Below are positions 24,001-36,301 of a stretch of DNA of 64,000 nt, piece after piece (positions within the stretch are counted from its first letter, which is position 1; each line of letters starts with the position of its first letter). The stretch spans positions 7,564,001 through 7,628,000 of the forward strand of contig JBHGNT010000012.1 of assembly GCA_043228905.1 (NCBI GenBank), in the 5' to 3' direction. This DNA is from Azolla caroliniana. Its lineage: Eukaryota > Plantae > Polypodiophyta. The notes under the pieces are model-generated. The model worked only from the letters and a program-made list of their open reading frames with translations. It did not search any database and was not told the origin of the DNA. Made by a program: the position numbers and the translations under genes.

Positions 24001-27000
24001 TGTTAATAATTAGGCAATTAAACAAGGGTTAATTAGTACCTAATTATGTGATTAAATTAAACGAAAGATTAAGTGATATGTGTGTGAGAGGAAGAGAGAG
24101 AGGAAGAGAGAGAGGAAGTTACACTTATGAGCAACACAAGATGGGGGATGGTTAGCTCTATATTAAATTAGCATTATCATCATCAAATACAAAAATACCT
24201 ACAATGAGGTATATATAGATCGCATGTGCAAGGGTGCACATGTGTGAGGATAATATAGGTACAAAAGTGTAAGTCCTATATTAAATGTACTTAGGAGTGG
24301 AGGATCTAGAATATCCTACTTAAGTACATGGTCCTATTTAAGGTGTTATAGTCAACACTTCTAACTAGATTCTATCTAGGTAACTACGAAGTTACATGGT
24401 TGACTAAATAACTAAACTAAGTTGATCTTGATCTCTCAACACGCCCCCTCAAGCTCAAGTGTGAGGCGTTCGACACCCGCTTTGGCTTTCGTCGGCTTCA
24501 TGTGCTTTCGTCTGGCCTTCGGCTTTCTTCGTCGTGGCAATCTCAGTTCCTCCCCCTCAAGCCGGTGACGAAGGCTTGTAGTGTGTGGGTGAAGGTTGAC
24601 TACTTCCACCCATCGTGGGTTATGAGCCGCTTTGGTGGAGCTATTGGGCTCTTGTTTGGCCACTACCTTCATCGCGAAAGCATAGTGATGGGCCATGTAC
24701 TCGTTGTAGCCGAGCCAGGCGACGAGGTTCTTAGCTCTAGATGAGCGTTGAAGTTTTTCGCTCGCCAATGTGAGTGCCTTCTTTGCTCCGGGTGTCCGCA
24801 TGATGGGTACACGGAACTCACTGTCTAGTGAGGGTGCCGACACATCCGAATCACTGTCGTCGGGGTGATCAACTTCGTATTCGGGCATCTTACCTTTGCC
24901 TTTGTCCAAGGTCGTACTTGGCCGCAACGAGCTTGGGTCGCGCGGGGGCTCTTGTGGCTTACTAAGCCTTGTCGAAATTGGACTTTCTTCGAACATGTGT
25001 TCGAAGCGATCTCCATCTTCTACCTCTTGTTCGGCAGATTCTGGTTCGAGTGGAGTCTGAGTCGAAGTTGTCTCTGGTGCGTACCAGGATGCAGACTCAA
25101 TGAGGTTTTGGACTAGGAGAAAAGGAAATTCTAAGGCAATGAAGAATATGAAATATGTTGTAAGAAAGAAAGATATGAAAAACTCGTGAATCCCACGAGT
25201 ATAGTGTATTAGTGAGTACTCAGATTAAGAGAGAAAAAAATAGTTAGCAAATTCGTGAATCCCACGATTATATTATATCAATCCACCCTTGTAAAATAAG
25301 CAACAACCCCCATACATCTTTCTCTCCCCCTTATATAAGGATGGAAGAGGCTAAGCATAGCTTCTTGCTTTTTCTAAAGTGTTCATGCACACTAAATGTG
25401 CATGAGTTGCCTTTTTACACACTGCTTTTATTTCCTAAATATAGTGCTCATGCTCGCTAGATGTGCACGAGTCATTTTTTATTGGTGTACATTTTTCTTA
25501 TAAATAAAGTATTCACGCATTCTAAAAAAATGCATGACTTACCTTTTAACAAATAAAGGTCTTATATGTATTAAATCTATATTTAGAACACTTAGGATAA
25601 GTTAGTACAATGGTAAGGTTGGGGTTTGTCTATGTGGAGGTACAAGGTTTGAATCTTGTCCTTTGCATGTAATAAATATTTTTAATATCTTATTTTATTT
25701 ATTATACGTACTTTAAATCGGATATAGTATTTTACATATTTCACGTAGTGTGTGATTCACACTACGACAACGTCTCGACTTACCCGAACCGCTCAGGTAG
25801 AAGGGTTGTAGCACTTGTATGCCTTCTTCTAGGATGAGTATCCTATGAGGATACATTCCTCCGACTTTGCGTCGGGCTTCTGTCATTGTTCGTTCAGGAT
25901 GCGTACATTCGCAATGCTTCCAAACACCTTGAGGTGCGACAAGATCGGCTTCCTTCCAACGAGGAGCTCGTAGGGAGTTAGCTTATGGACTCCATTGGTG
26001 GTGCATCGATTCATGAGACGGTCGTGGAAGCCGCGTCGACCCAATAGAAGTTCGGCATGTGCTTCTCATGTAACATGGCGCGTGCTACCTCGAGTATTTG
26101 CCGGTTTTTCCTTTCGACTACTCCATTTTGTTGGGGTGTGTGTCAGCATGAGAATTCTCTCTGAATGCCTTCACTTTGGAGGTAGGAGGTGAATTCATCG
26201 GAGAAGTACTCCTTTCCTCCGTCTGATCGTAGGCATCGAATGTGCTGACTGGTTTCTTTTTCGACTTGGCCATTGAGCTTTTGGAAGTGGGAGAGCACTT
26301 TGCTCTTCTTCTTCATCGGGAAGATCCACACATAGCACGAGTAGTCGTTGATGAAGGTGACGTAGAATCGACATTCGTCGATCGTCGACGTTTGAGCCGG
26401 TCCCCATACATCCGAATGTATGACGTTGAGGGGGCCTTTGCTCGCGTAGCTCTCCTTCGGGAATGGGAGTCGATGTTGTTTACCAAGTTGATACGTTTCG
26501 CATACTCAGTCGACTCGAAGATCGGAAGTCCGATGACGACTCCCTTTGTTTGCATAGCTCGGAGCCGTTGGAGGTTTATGTGGCCGATTCTCTTGTGCCA
26601 CAACTTGATGTTTGTTTCGGTTTTGAGACCTTTGGCATACATGGCTGATTTCACCTCATTTTAATCGAGGATGAACATGTGACCATCTCTCCATCCCTTG
26701 GCTATGAGTCGGCCATCTTTCTCGATGAAACAACCTTCGTTGTTGAAGCGAACTTGCATGCCTTGCTCCACGATTTGGCCGACCAAGACCAAATTCTTTG
26801 TTATTGTGGGTACATGCAAAACATTCTTGATGCAAGTTTGTTCGCCTTCTTTTCCGAATGGGACATTGCCGATGTGCCGAATGGGATGTGTGGTGTCGTC
26901 TCCTGTCTCTATGAAACCGGGTCGGTCCGGTGTACACAAGTCATTGAACCACTCTTTGTGGGATGTCATGTGATGTGAGGTGCCGGAATTGACGAACCAC

Positions 27001-28570
27001 ATGTCTTCCAAATTGGAGGTGCTTGCAGAGTTGAAGGCTGACATAGAGTTGACTCTATGCCTCATTACGAATAGTTCGTTGTAGTCATCGTATTCGGAGT
27101 TGCTTGCGTAATTCGTGAGTTGTCGACTTGTCGAAGCCAACTCGTTTCTTCTTTTTCGGCACTCCTCCTCGCAGTGGTTGATTTTTCCGTAATAGTTGCA
27201 CGTTGCGGGCCTCATTTGCCAACCTTATTTGGCATGGAAGCCCCCCCTTCTTCCGAAGGTTCCTTGATGGCTTCCGTGAAGTTTTGAGTTCCCTTCGTGT
27301 GATGGACCGAATTGGACTCTTCTACCGTTGTGACCTCGTCCTTGGCCACCATCCGAATTTGAAAAGAACATTTGTCCTTTCGATGTCTTGGTTTTGGTTT
27401 GGACATGGTTCTCTTCAACCATTATCATTGATTGAAGGTCGAAGAACGAAGGAGGGTTTTCCCTCGCCAAGATTGTCGTCCTCAATGAGTTGAATTGTTG
27501 TGTGAGGCCGCCCAAGCATACTTAAACCATCTTATCTTCATCGACGTTTATTTTGATGGAGCCAAGCGAGTCGCAAATGCTCTTGATCTTGTTAGTGTAG
27601 TCTGATATGGACATGTCTTTTTGCCGAATGTTGTTCAACTCTTGTCGGAGTTAAAGCTTTCGGGTGGTCGTGTTGGCAGCGAACATTTTCTTTAAGTTCT
27701 CCCACGCCTCTTTGGGCGTCTTGGCGTATCGAGTGTGGCTAAGCATGTGGTCATGGACACATGTTGCCAAGGAATACATGACTCGACTCGCCGCTTGCTC
27801 CCATGTTGCGTAGTCGGCGTTCTTTGAGTCGGGTCGATTTTCTTGTGCGTTGTTGATGTAGCTCCAATACCTTTGGCCGACGAGGTATTGGGTCATCTTG
27901 TACTCCCAAGATGAATAATTGCTCTAGTCTAGCTTTTCACTAGGGAGTGAGCTACCCATTTTGGTGTTCATTTTGATGTAGTGTCTTCCTTTTTCGATTT
28001 TTTTCCCTCGATCACGTACTCGTTCTACGTAGCAGCACTACGGTAGTAGATCGCCGAAATTTGTCGTCGGCGTTTCGAACACACAATTATGAAGAAGCGG
28101 ATGGGCTTAGTGGATGTGCTAAACCACGCGCTTTGATACCATGTTAATAATTAGGTAATTAAGCAAGGGTTAATTAGTACCTAATTATGTGATTAAATTA
28201 AACGAAAGATTAAGTGATATGTGTGTGAGAGGAAGAGAGAGAGGAAGTTACACTTATGAACAACACAAGATGGGGGATGGTTAACTCTATATTAAATTAG
28301 CATTATCATCATCAAATACAAAAATACCTACAATGAGGTATATATAGATCGCATGTGCAAGGGTGCACATGTGTGAGGATAATATAGGTACAAAAGTGTA
28401 AGTCCTATATTAAATGTACTTAGGAGTGGAGGATCTAGAATATCCTACTTAAGTACATGGTCCTATTTAAGGCGTTATAGTCAACACTTCTAACTAGATT
28501 CTATCTAGGTAACTATGAAGTTAGATGGTTGACCAACTAACTAAACTAAGTTGAGCTTGATCTCTCAACA
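24001..28570 (-). mobile_element. Ty1/Copia element (Copia-B) with RT/RNase H deleted
   Basis: LTRs 28142-28570 and 24001-24441 (about 10 mismatches plus a 12-bp indel). TSD AAAAC, PBS tggtatcaaagcg 28141-28129, PPT gaggggg ~24450. gag, protease (WFVNSGTSHHMT), LWHKRIGH and LRSDGGKEY integrase fragments. Confidence 0.93.
25101..25769 (-). mobile_element. Probable solo LTR interrupting Copia-B integrase C-terminus
   Basis: TGTCGTAGTG...CCTCA on the minus strand, splitting VSRDV/ESASW; TATA cttatataag. No clean TSD. Confidence 0.6.
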
Positions 28571-31500
28571 AAAACATATGCCTTTGTGGTTTGACCAATG
28601 CTCCGGCCACATTTCAACAAGAAATGAATGACATTTTCCGAGAAAAACTTGGAAAATTTGTCGTTATTTTCTTGGATGATATGCTAGTTTATAGTCATAC
28701 ATTAGAAGAACATGCTAAACATGTCCGCTTTGTGTTGCAAACATTGCGCGACAAGCAATTGTACGCGAAGATCTCAAAAAAAATGCGAGTTCTTCAAGAA
28801 ATGAATTACTTATCTTGGACATCTCATAATCGAACGAGGAGTTAAAATTGATCCTTCTCGTATCGAGAAAATCAAGCTTTGGCCCACTCTTTGGAATATT
28901 CGAGAAGTTTGATCATTCCTTGGTTTTGTCAAGTATTTGCGAAAATCCCTTCGTAATTACTCCCAATTGACGATGTCGTTTATTGATATTCTAAAAGGTC
29001 AAACGCTTAAGTCTACAAAACCTATTGTGTGGAATGCTACACTAGACCTCGACTTTAAGGGACTCAAGGACCTAGTGTGCAAGGCTCCTTCGCTTCTTTT
29101 ACCCGATCCTTCAAAACCTTTTGAGGTTGAAACCGATCCAAGAGATTATGCTATAGGTGTTGTCTTATATCAAGATGGTAAACCAATAGCATTCGAGAGT
29201 AAGAAACTTGATTCTGCTCAATGTCGGTATACCGTTCAAGAAAAGGAATTATTGGCAGTTATACATGCCCTCAAAACATGGCGCCATTATCTTTATGGAA
29301 ATCGTTTTGTGGTAACTACGAACCACGAGTCCTTGAAATATTTTTGTGACCAACAAGACCTGAAAGGTCGTAAGGCACGATGGGTTGATTTCATCCAGGA
29401 CTTTGATTTTTCCATACGATATTGTAAAGGTTACATGAACACTATCGCTGGTGCATTAAGTCGCATCCGTGAAGTTAACATGCTTAGCTTCATTGAAATA
29501 ACATCATATCTTTATGATCACCTTCGAGGAAAGTATCCTGATGACAGTTATTTTTCGAAATACTGGGCAAGAGTTGAGTCTAGTACAAACACCACCACAT
29601 CCTCGAAGGAATCCTTCCACATTGCTAACCATTTGCTCTACCGGAATGGGAAGGTTTGTGTACCAAATTTGCCTAAGGTCAAAAACAGAATACTTTTTGA
29701 ATGCCATGATGCACCCTCACTAGGGCACTCTAGAATACATCGTACACTCGTTCTCATCTCCACTCAATTCTATTGGCCTAAGATGCGTCCTGACATACAT
29801 AGCTATGTGACTAAATGTCACCAATGTCAGGTTAACAAAGCCGAGCAACTTAAAGCTGCAAGACTTTTACATCCCTCGGACATTCCCAATAATAAGTGGG
29901 AAAGTATATCCATGGATTTTATTGTTAGCCTTCCTCGCACCCAAAAAGGCCATGATGGCATCTGGGTTGTGGTTGATCGACTAACTAAAATGGCCAGATT
30001 TATTGCTACTAAAACCGCCGTAACAACTCCTGAATTGGCTTACCAATTCGTTGATGAGTTATTTCGTTTTTATGGGTTACCGATGGATATCGTGAGTGAT
30101 CGAGATCCAAAGTTTACTAATGACTTTTGGACGCAAGTCTTTAAGAAGTTAGAAACTACATTGAGCATGAGCTCCACAGATCATCCTCAATCCGATGGAT
30201 AGAGAAAACGAGTAAATCAAATTATTGAGGGCAAGTTCCGTGCATATGTTGGTACAAAACCAATAAAATGGGAACGTTATCTCCCAAATTTGGAGTTTGC
30301 TTATAACAGCTCCAAGCATACGTCGACAGGATATATTCCTTTTATGTTGATGTATGGTTTTCAGCCACGAGCCCCGATTGATGTTAATATACATCATGAT
30401 GAGTTGCGAAGTATGCAAAACTTTCTTTGGGATATGCAAGATATGTTGCATATTGCACGAGATAATATAAAAACAACTCAAGATAGAGCATGTTTTTACG
30501 TCGATCATAATAGGCAACCTCGTGTATTCAACCCTGGACAGAAAGTATATTTACGTGTACCTCACAATTCTAAGACATTGTCTACGGGTAAGTGCGCTAA
30601 GTTAGCCCCATGGTTTTGTGGACCTTTTATAATCCTCAAACGCATTGGTTCATCAACCTATCGTCTCGCTCTTCCTAATGGCGTTAAAATCCATCCAGTT
30701 TTTCATGTAAGTATTCTAAAAGAACTTCTTGGTTCCGGTGACAATACAATGACAACTGAAACTTTGGTTACTTTTGAAGAATTATCTTCTAAACAACATG
30801 TACCAGAAAGAATTCTCGATGTTAAAACAAAAAATTTGCGTACTAAAATAATCTGAGAATTTAAAATTAAATGGATGGATAATTCTATAAAAGATGCCAC
30901 ATGGGAACGTGAAAATACTCTTAGAACTAACTTCCCTAACTTTCCATTGCAAGAGTGCAATGTTTTAAAGACTTTTAATCCTCGGGATTGAGACAACCCA
31001 TGAGGCCAAGAGTGAACTTGGATGGGGGCCTTAGGTCTGGCTATAAATATGAGGCCTAGCTACCCTCATTTGACATTTCGACCACGTCCAGACTCTGATA
31101 GTGGTGGGTCAACTCTTGTAGCGAACGCGCTAGCACCAGGTACGACTCGACGCCACGACAATGGTATGGGACGCCGATCGAGGCTCGAGTCCGTCTCGAT
31201 CCCTTCGCTCGGGGGTGGTTAGGTGGATTGACACCCTTCTTTCTCTCTCTCCTTTCTTATTTATCTATGTTTTATCCTGATCATGTGCTTACATTAGATC
31301 ATCACTCTAACAAGAGACCTACAAAAGTTGATTGAAACATATGAGTTTGAATCGGTTGACCTTCAGCAACCGATCGACATGTATGAATGCGAGCCAAGTG
31401 AAGTGTCAGAAGACACATCCGAACCTTAGCCGACTATGGGAGGTGGAAATATCCACTCAGACAAAGGAGAGAACCCTCACGGTACGCCAATCAATATGTT

Positions 31501-32635
31501 TTATTGACTAATGAAGATGAGCCAAAAGGCTATGAGGAGGCCGTGGAAGACGAGTGCAAGAAGAAATGGCAAAGTGCAATTCAACATGAGATAGACTCCT
31601 TGCAGGAGAACTACAATTACGACTTGGTGGAACTACCAAAAGGTAAGAGAGCCTTGAGAAACAAATGGGTCTTCAAGCTGAAAAATGGGGAAGATGGCAA
31701 CTCGCCCAGATACAAGGCCCAAATTGTAGTAAAGGGATTTCAACAAAAGAAGGGGGTTGACTTTGATGAAATATTTGCACCACTCATAAAGATGACATCC
31801 ATTCGAACTCTACTAAGTATTGCTACCAATATGAATATGGAAATAGAGCAATTGGATGTCAAAACAACATTCTTGCATGGGGAATTAGATGAAGAAATCT
31901 ATATGCAACAACCCGAAGGCTTTGTGGAGAAAGGAAAAGAGAATATGGTGTGTTGACTAAGGAAAAGCTTGTATGGTCTGAAACAAGCTCCACGCCAATG
32001 GTATAAGAAGTTAGAATCCTTCATGATGGAACATGGGTTCCATAAAACACAAGTTGATCACTATGTGTTTGTCAAAAGGTATGATCAAGGTGACTTCTTG
32101 ATTCTCTTGCTATATACGTTGACGACATGTTAGTGGTCAAACAAGACACCAAGAAGATAGTGAGCTCAAAGAAAGCACTAGGCAAGTTGTTTGCCATGAA
32201 AGATCTTGGACCGGAAAAGCAAATATTGGGGATGCACATAGTTTGTGACATAACTAAGAACATGCTATGGTTGTCACAACAGAAGTATGTGACAAAGATC
32301 TTGGAAAGATTCAACATGTCGGAAGCAAAACTAGTTGACTAATTGGTTGAATGTTAGGCGATTTCCAAAAGGGGAGAAGGACAAGGCCGAGATGAGGAAA
32401 GTACCATATGCCTTGGCCGTCAACAATTTAATGTATGTTATGGTCTGTACGAGACCATACATAACATTTGCAGTTGGAACGGTGGCCAGGGCCGATATAT
32501 GAGTAATCCAAGTCGAGAACACTTGGCAACAGTAAAGTGGATACTCATGTACTTGAAAGGCACCTCAAGGGTGTGCCTTAGGTATGGTTTCAGAAAACCT
32601 ATGCTCAAAGGTTTTGCCGATTCAGACATGTTGGG

Positions 32636-33087
32636 TGTTACGAGCATGACCATATAATATCCCGTGGTGAGAATTTACTGTAGTATTCTATACACGTGGA
32701 TAAGTGTGAGGGTTAAACGAGAGTATAAAGAAGGGGAGGATTACTTTTAATCCTCGGGATTGAGACAACCCTTTAGGCCAAGTGTGAACTTGCATGGGGG
32801 CCTTGGGTATCGCTATAAATATGAGGCCTAGCTACCCTCATTTCATCATATCTTGACTATGTCGAGACTCTGTTTCGTGGTGGGTCAACTCTTGTAGCGA
32901 GCGCGCCAGCACTAGGTACGACTCAATGCCACGACGGTGGTATGGGACGCCGATCAAGGTTCGAGTTCGTCTCGATCCCCTCGCTCGGGGGTGGTCAGGT
33001 GGATTGACACCATTCTTTCTCTCTCTCCTTTCTATCTATCTATCTTTTATCCTTATCTTATGCTTACTTTAGATCATAACTCTAACA
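32636..33087 (+). mobile_element. Solo LTR of the chromovirus family in Copia-A RNase H
   Basis: TGTTACGAGCATGACC...TCTAACA, homologous to the Gypsy-1/2 LTRs. TSD TTGGG/TCGGG (one transition). Confidence 0.92.
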
Positions 33088-33543
33088 TCGGGGATGTAGA
33101 CTCAAGCGATCCACATCAGGTTATGTGATGACCTATGCAGGGGGTGCAATGTCATGGTAGTCAAGACTATAGAAGACTATGGCTTTGTCGACCACAGAGG
33201 TAGAATATATGGCTGTTGTAGAGGCTGGTAAGGAGATGATATGGATGAGGATTGTTCTCAGTGAAATGGGAATGAAGCAAGGAGAATTCTTGCTCCATTG
33301 TGATAGTCATAGTGCCATACATCTAACCAAGAACGTTGTGTATCACTCTCGAACCAAGCACATACATAGAATGTATCACTAGTTACGAGAGAAGGTGGAT
33401 GAGGGAGAGTTTACCCTTGTGAAGATCCATACTAATGATAATGGATCTGACATGCTTATGAAACCACTACCTATGGACAGATTCAGAGTCTGTTGACAGA
33501 AGACAAGACTAGCCAACTTGCCCATAGTAGTGAAGGGGGACTT

Positions 33544-34147
33544 TGTTAGGAATTTGTCTCTCCTATGGGAGAAGTTGATAGTTGAAGTCAAGGAAGAAGT
33601 CGACAATAAAATCGACAAGCCAAATATAGGATGGTCGATCGGATCAACTATCGAGTCGACAAGGTGATCGACTTGTTGAAGCAGATAGAGAGTCGACTAT
33701 GATAGTCGACTACATTGGATGGATGCTCCAAGTCGAAGACAAGGCCGACAAGTCGGGCCGATTAATTATTCTTATAATGTATATAATAATAATAACATAT
33801 CACTCCTATAAATAGGAATAATTAGGGCAAAACTTATGTGGAGCAAGAGCTTCTATAGTAGAGAGCAGAAGTGAGCGTAGCAGAGAGTAGGAAGGGATTT
33901 GAGAGTGCACGAGAAAGAGACAGATTTTAGTGGAACTTGTCTAAACCCTAAGTGGGCACTCTTTGATTCTCAGAGACTTGGAAATCTTTCTTTTGTACTT
34001 CTCTTTGTAGTGAAAATATGTTGCCCCGTGGTTTTCCCACTTTAGGGTTTCCACATAAATATTGTGTATTGTGTATCTTGTTCGTTGTCTTCTGTTTTTT
34101 TTGTATCTTATTTTTAGTCTATCCTTTGTGTCCATCCACGGTCCTAT
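33544..34147 (+). repeat. 3' LTR of Copia-A (terminal bases lost)
   Basis: Homologous to 11899-12504; ends ggtcctat instead of ggtcctatttcacatca. Confidence 0.9.
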
Positions 34148-35180
34148 GTTGATCGCAAATTGTATATTGATCCATCGATAGAAGATATAAGGTCACATTA
34201 GAAGTTGTGGGTGTTGGCTAAACAACTTGTGTTAAGATTAGATTGGGACCTAGTTGATTATCAGTGGATAGATCCATTTACTGGTAAGAACTTTAATTTT
34301 TTCCAATATTGTATATAGTTGGGAAGACATGTGCTCTCAGGTAGATAGGATGTGTTACCAATTGCATTTCAATATTGTAGTCAACAAGGTATTACTCCGA
34401 AGTTTCTTGCTAAAATTTGGGTTAATCTTGGGCAAGAAAACAACCATGATAAATAATGCATGTACAGTGGTTACTTGTGCATCGAGCCTAAGTGCTTGTT
34501 GGCACATGGCTGAGTAAGATGGGTGCATCCTCTAGTTGTGCTCGCTGTCATTTACAAGCCGAAACTCAGAAACACTTTGTATGGGACTGCATTGAGTCTC
34601 AACTAGTATGGCAACACCTCCTTAGAATATTTGCTAACTACTTTCCCCCATCGATATTCACATGGGGCTTGGTGGTTTAGACGTCGCTTGTACGCCCTAT
34701 TTTCCATTGCGATGTCGAATCTATAGACCATGGTGTTCACACCAAATCAGGAAGTGTTTGTGTACTTCCATTAATGTCCATGCAATTTTTAGGGATAAGG
34801 AAGGAGATACAACCATTATGGGAGATACTGAGTAGTACTACTGCATATTACATTTGGAAGGCTCGGTTTTCTCTTATTTTTCATCAAGTTAGAACCTCGC
34901 CAGCCAACTGAATTGGTGAAAAAGTATTTTGGTTGGAGATGGTTCATACTTTGTGATTGTATTGTTCGAGATTCTGGTGATAAAGGTGCTCAGTGCCATC
35001 CGTTTCTTACTTTGTGGACAACTATATCAAAGAATGGCACTCCTTTTTGACCCATTGAGCCACCAAAATGGCTGTTTCCTTATCCTTATCCGCATCACAT
35101 AGGAATCAAAACTTTGTAAATTGTTTAGAAGTAATGAATGGATAATCGTTTAAAAAAAAAAGAAAAGACAAAAAAAAAGG
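34148..35180 (+). mobile_element. 3' part of an old LINE ORF2 with A-rich tail; 5' part lies at ~11820-11898
   Basis: CARCHLQAETQKHFVWDC zinc finger, YIWKAR motif, A-rich tail at 35152-35178. Joins in frame with 11845-11898 across Copia-A. Confidence 0.75.
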
Positions 35181-35436
35181 AGGAAGAATAAAATTTGAGA
35201 GAGTGCACGAGACGTGAAGGAAAAGAAACAAATTCCATACATACATAGCTGCGCGGGTCTTTTTCAATCACTACTTCTTATTTTGCCCAAAATCGTTGTC
35301 GTTGGTTCACATTTTATGGCATCGCAAAAATTGATTGTAAGGCTTTAGATTATTTCAAAGGGTGGCCTAACCTACAAGCAATGAATACGGTGCAAACGGG
35401 GACAATTAGACACATAGAAGTGAAATGAATGGATTG

Positions 35437-35470
35437 GCACACATACACATACACATAGTCACATAGTCAC

Positions 35471-35543
<73 letters not shown>

Positions 35544-35657
35544 TACATAGTCACATACATAGTCACATACACATACTACATACACATACACATACACATA
35601 GTCACATACACATACTACATACACATACTACATACACATACACATACACATAGTCAC

Positions 35658-35742
<85 letters not shown>

Positions 35743-35925
35743 TGCACATACACATAGTCAAATACACATACACATACACATAGTCACATACACATACACA
35801 TACACATACACATAGTCACATGCACATACACATACACATAGTCACATACACATACACATACATATAGTCACATGCACATACACATACACATAGTCACATA
35901 CACATAGTCACATACACATACACAT
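35437..35925. repeat. ~490-bp (CACATA)n microsatellite with TAGTCA variant units
   Basis: Seen directly; lies just upstream of NFXL1. Confidence 0.95.
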
Positions 35926-36110
35926 GTGAGCCGTGTGGGGCGGTTTCGGGACGTCTCTCTCTGTCGCTGAGAGTATATAATAAGAAGAGAGGAATTTTAC
36001 TCACTATATATGTATATATATATAGAGAGAGAGAGACGCTCTCTCTCTCCCCTCCCCTGTTCCCGGCGTCTCTATCTCTGCACAAATCTTCTTCGTGGGC
36101 GTTTTCCCCC

Positions 36111-36152
<42 letters not shown>

Positions 36153-36301
36153 ATCCCATCCATTCATCTTGTATTACATTCGCCCACATACATACATACA
36201 CACAGAGACAGAGACAGAGACAGAGACAGAGACAGACAGAGAGACAGAGACAGAGAGAGATAGGTAGCTCCTCAGAGGTCTCCACCTCCTCTACTACCCC
36301 C

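Larger units (their letters stand above)
22763..31312 (+). mobile_element. Older copy of the same chromovirus (Gypsy-2); gag/PR deleted, contains Copia-B
   Basis: 5' LTR 22763-23172, PBS tggtagcagagc, TSD AGAGA. 3' LTR remnant 30971-31312 lacks the PPT and LTR start. RT-RH-IN-chromodomain at 28577-30960 includes ISMDF and IVSDRD. Confidence 0.93.
11899..34147 (+). mobile_element. Ty1/Copia element (Copia-A), degenerate, host of several nested insertions
   Basis: LTRs 11899-12513 and 33544-34147 (about 9% mismatch by eye). PBS tagtatcagagc 12517-12528 (tRNA-iMet type). gag LNSHNYSDWKIKMEDLL at 12542+, protease WVIDSGAS ~21341, integrase RTDNGGEY ~22101, RT ~31504-32600, RNase H ALSTTEVEY/RTKHI 33179-33380, PPT gaaggggga before 33544. 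Confidence 0.92.

Noticed and set aside
22763-31312. Gypsy-2 LTRs (~11% mismatch by eye) look more diverged than their host Copia-A LTRs (~9%)
   Set aside because: Short CpG-rich comparison dominated by transitions; the difference is within noise and the TSDs fix the nesting order.
35406-35624. Poly(Cys-Val) ORF
   Set aside because: Translation of the (TATGTG)n microsatellite.
36095-36301. 69-aa N-terminal extension of the NFXL1 ORF call
   Set aside because: GTG start running through (CT)n and (GAGACA)n microsatellites; best read as 5' UTR, with the first ATG at 36302.
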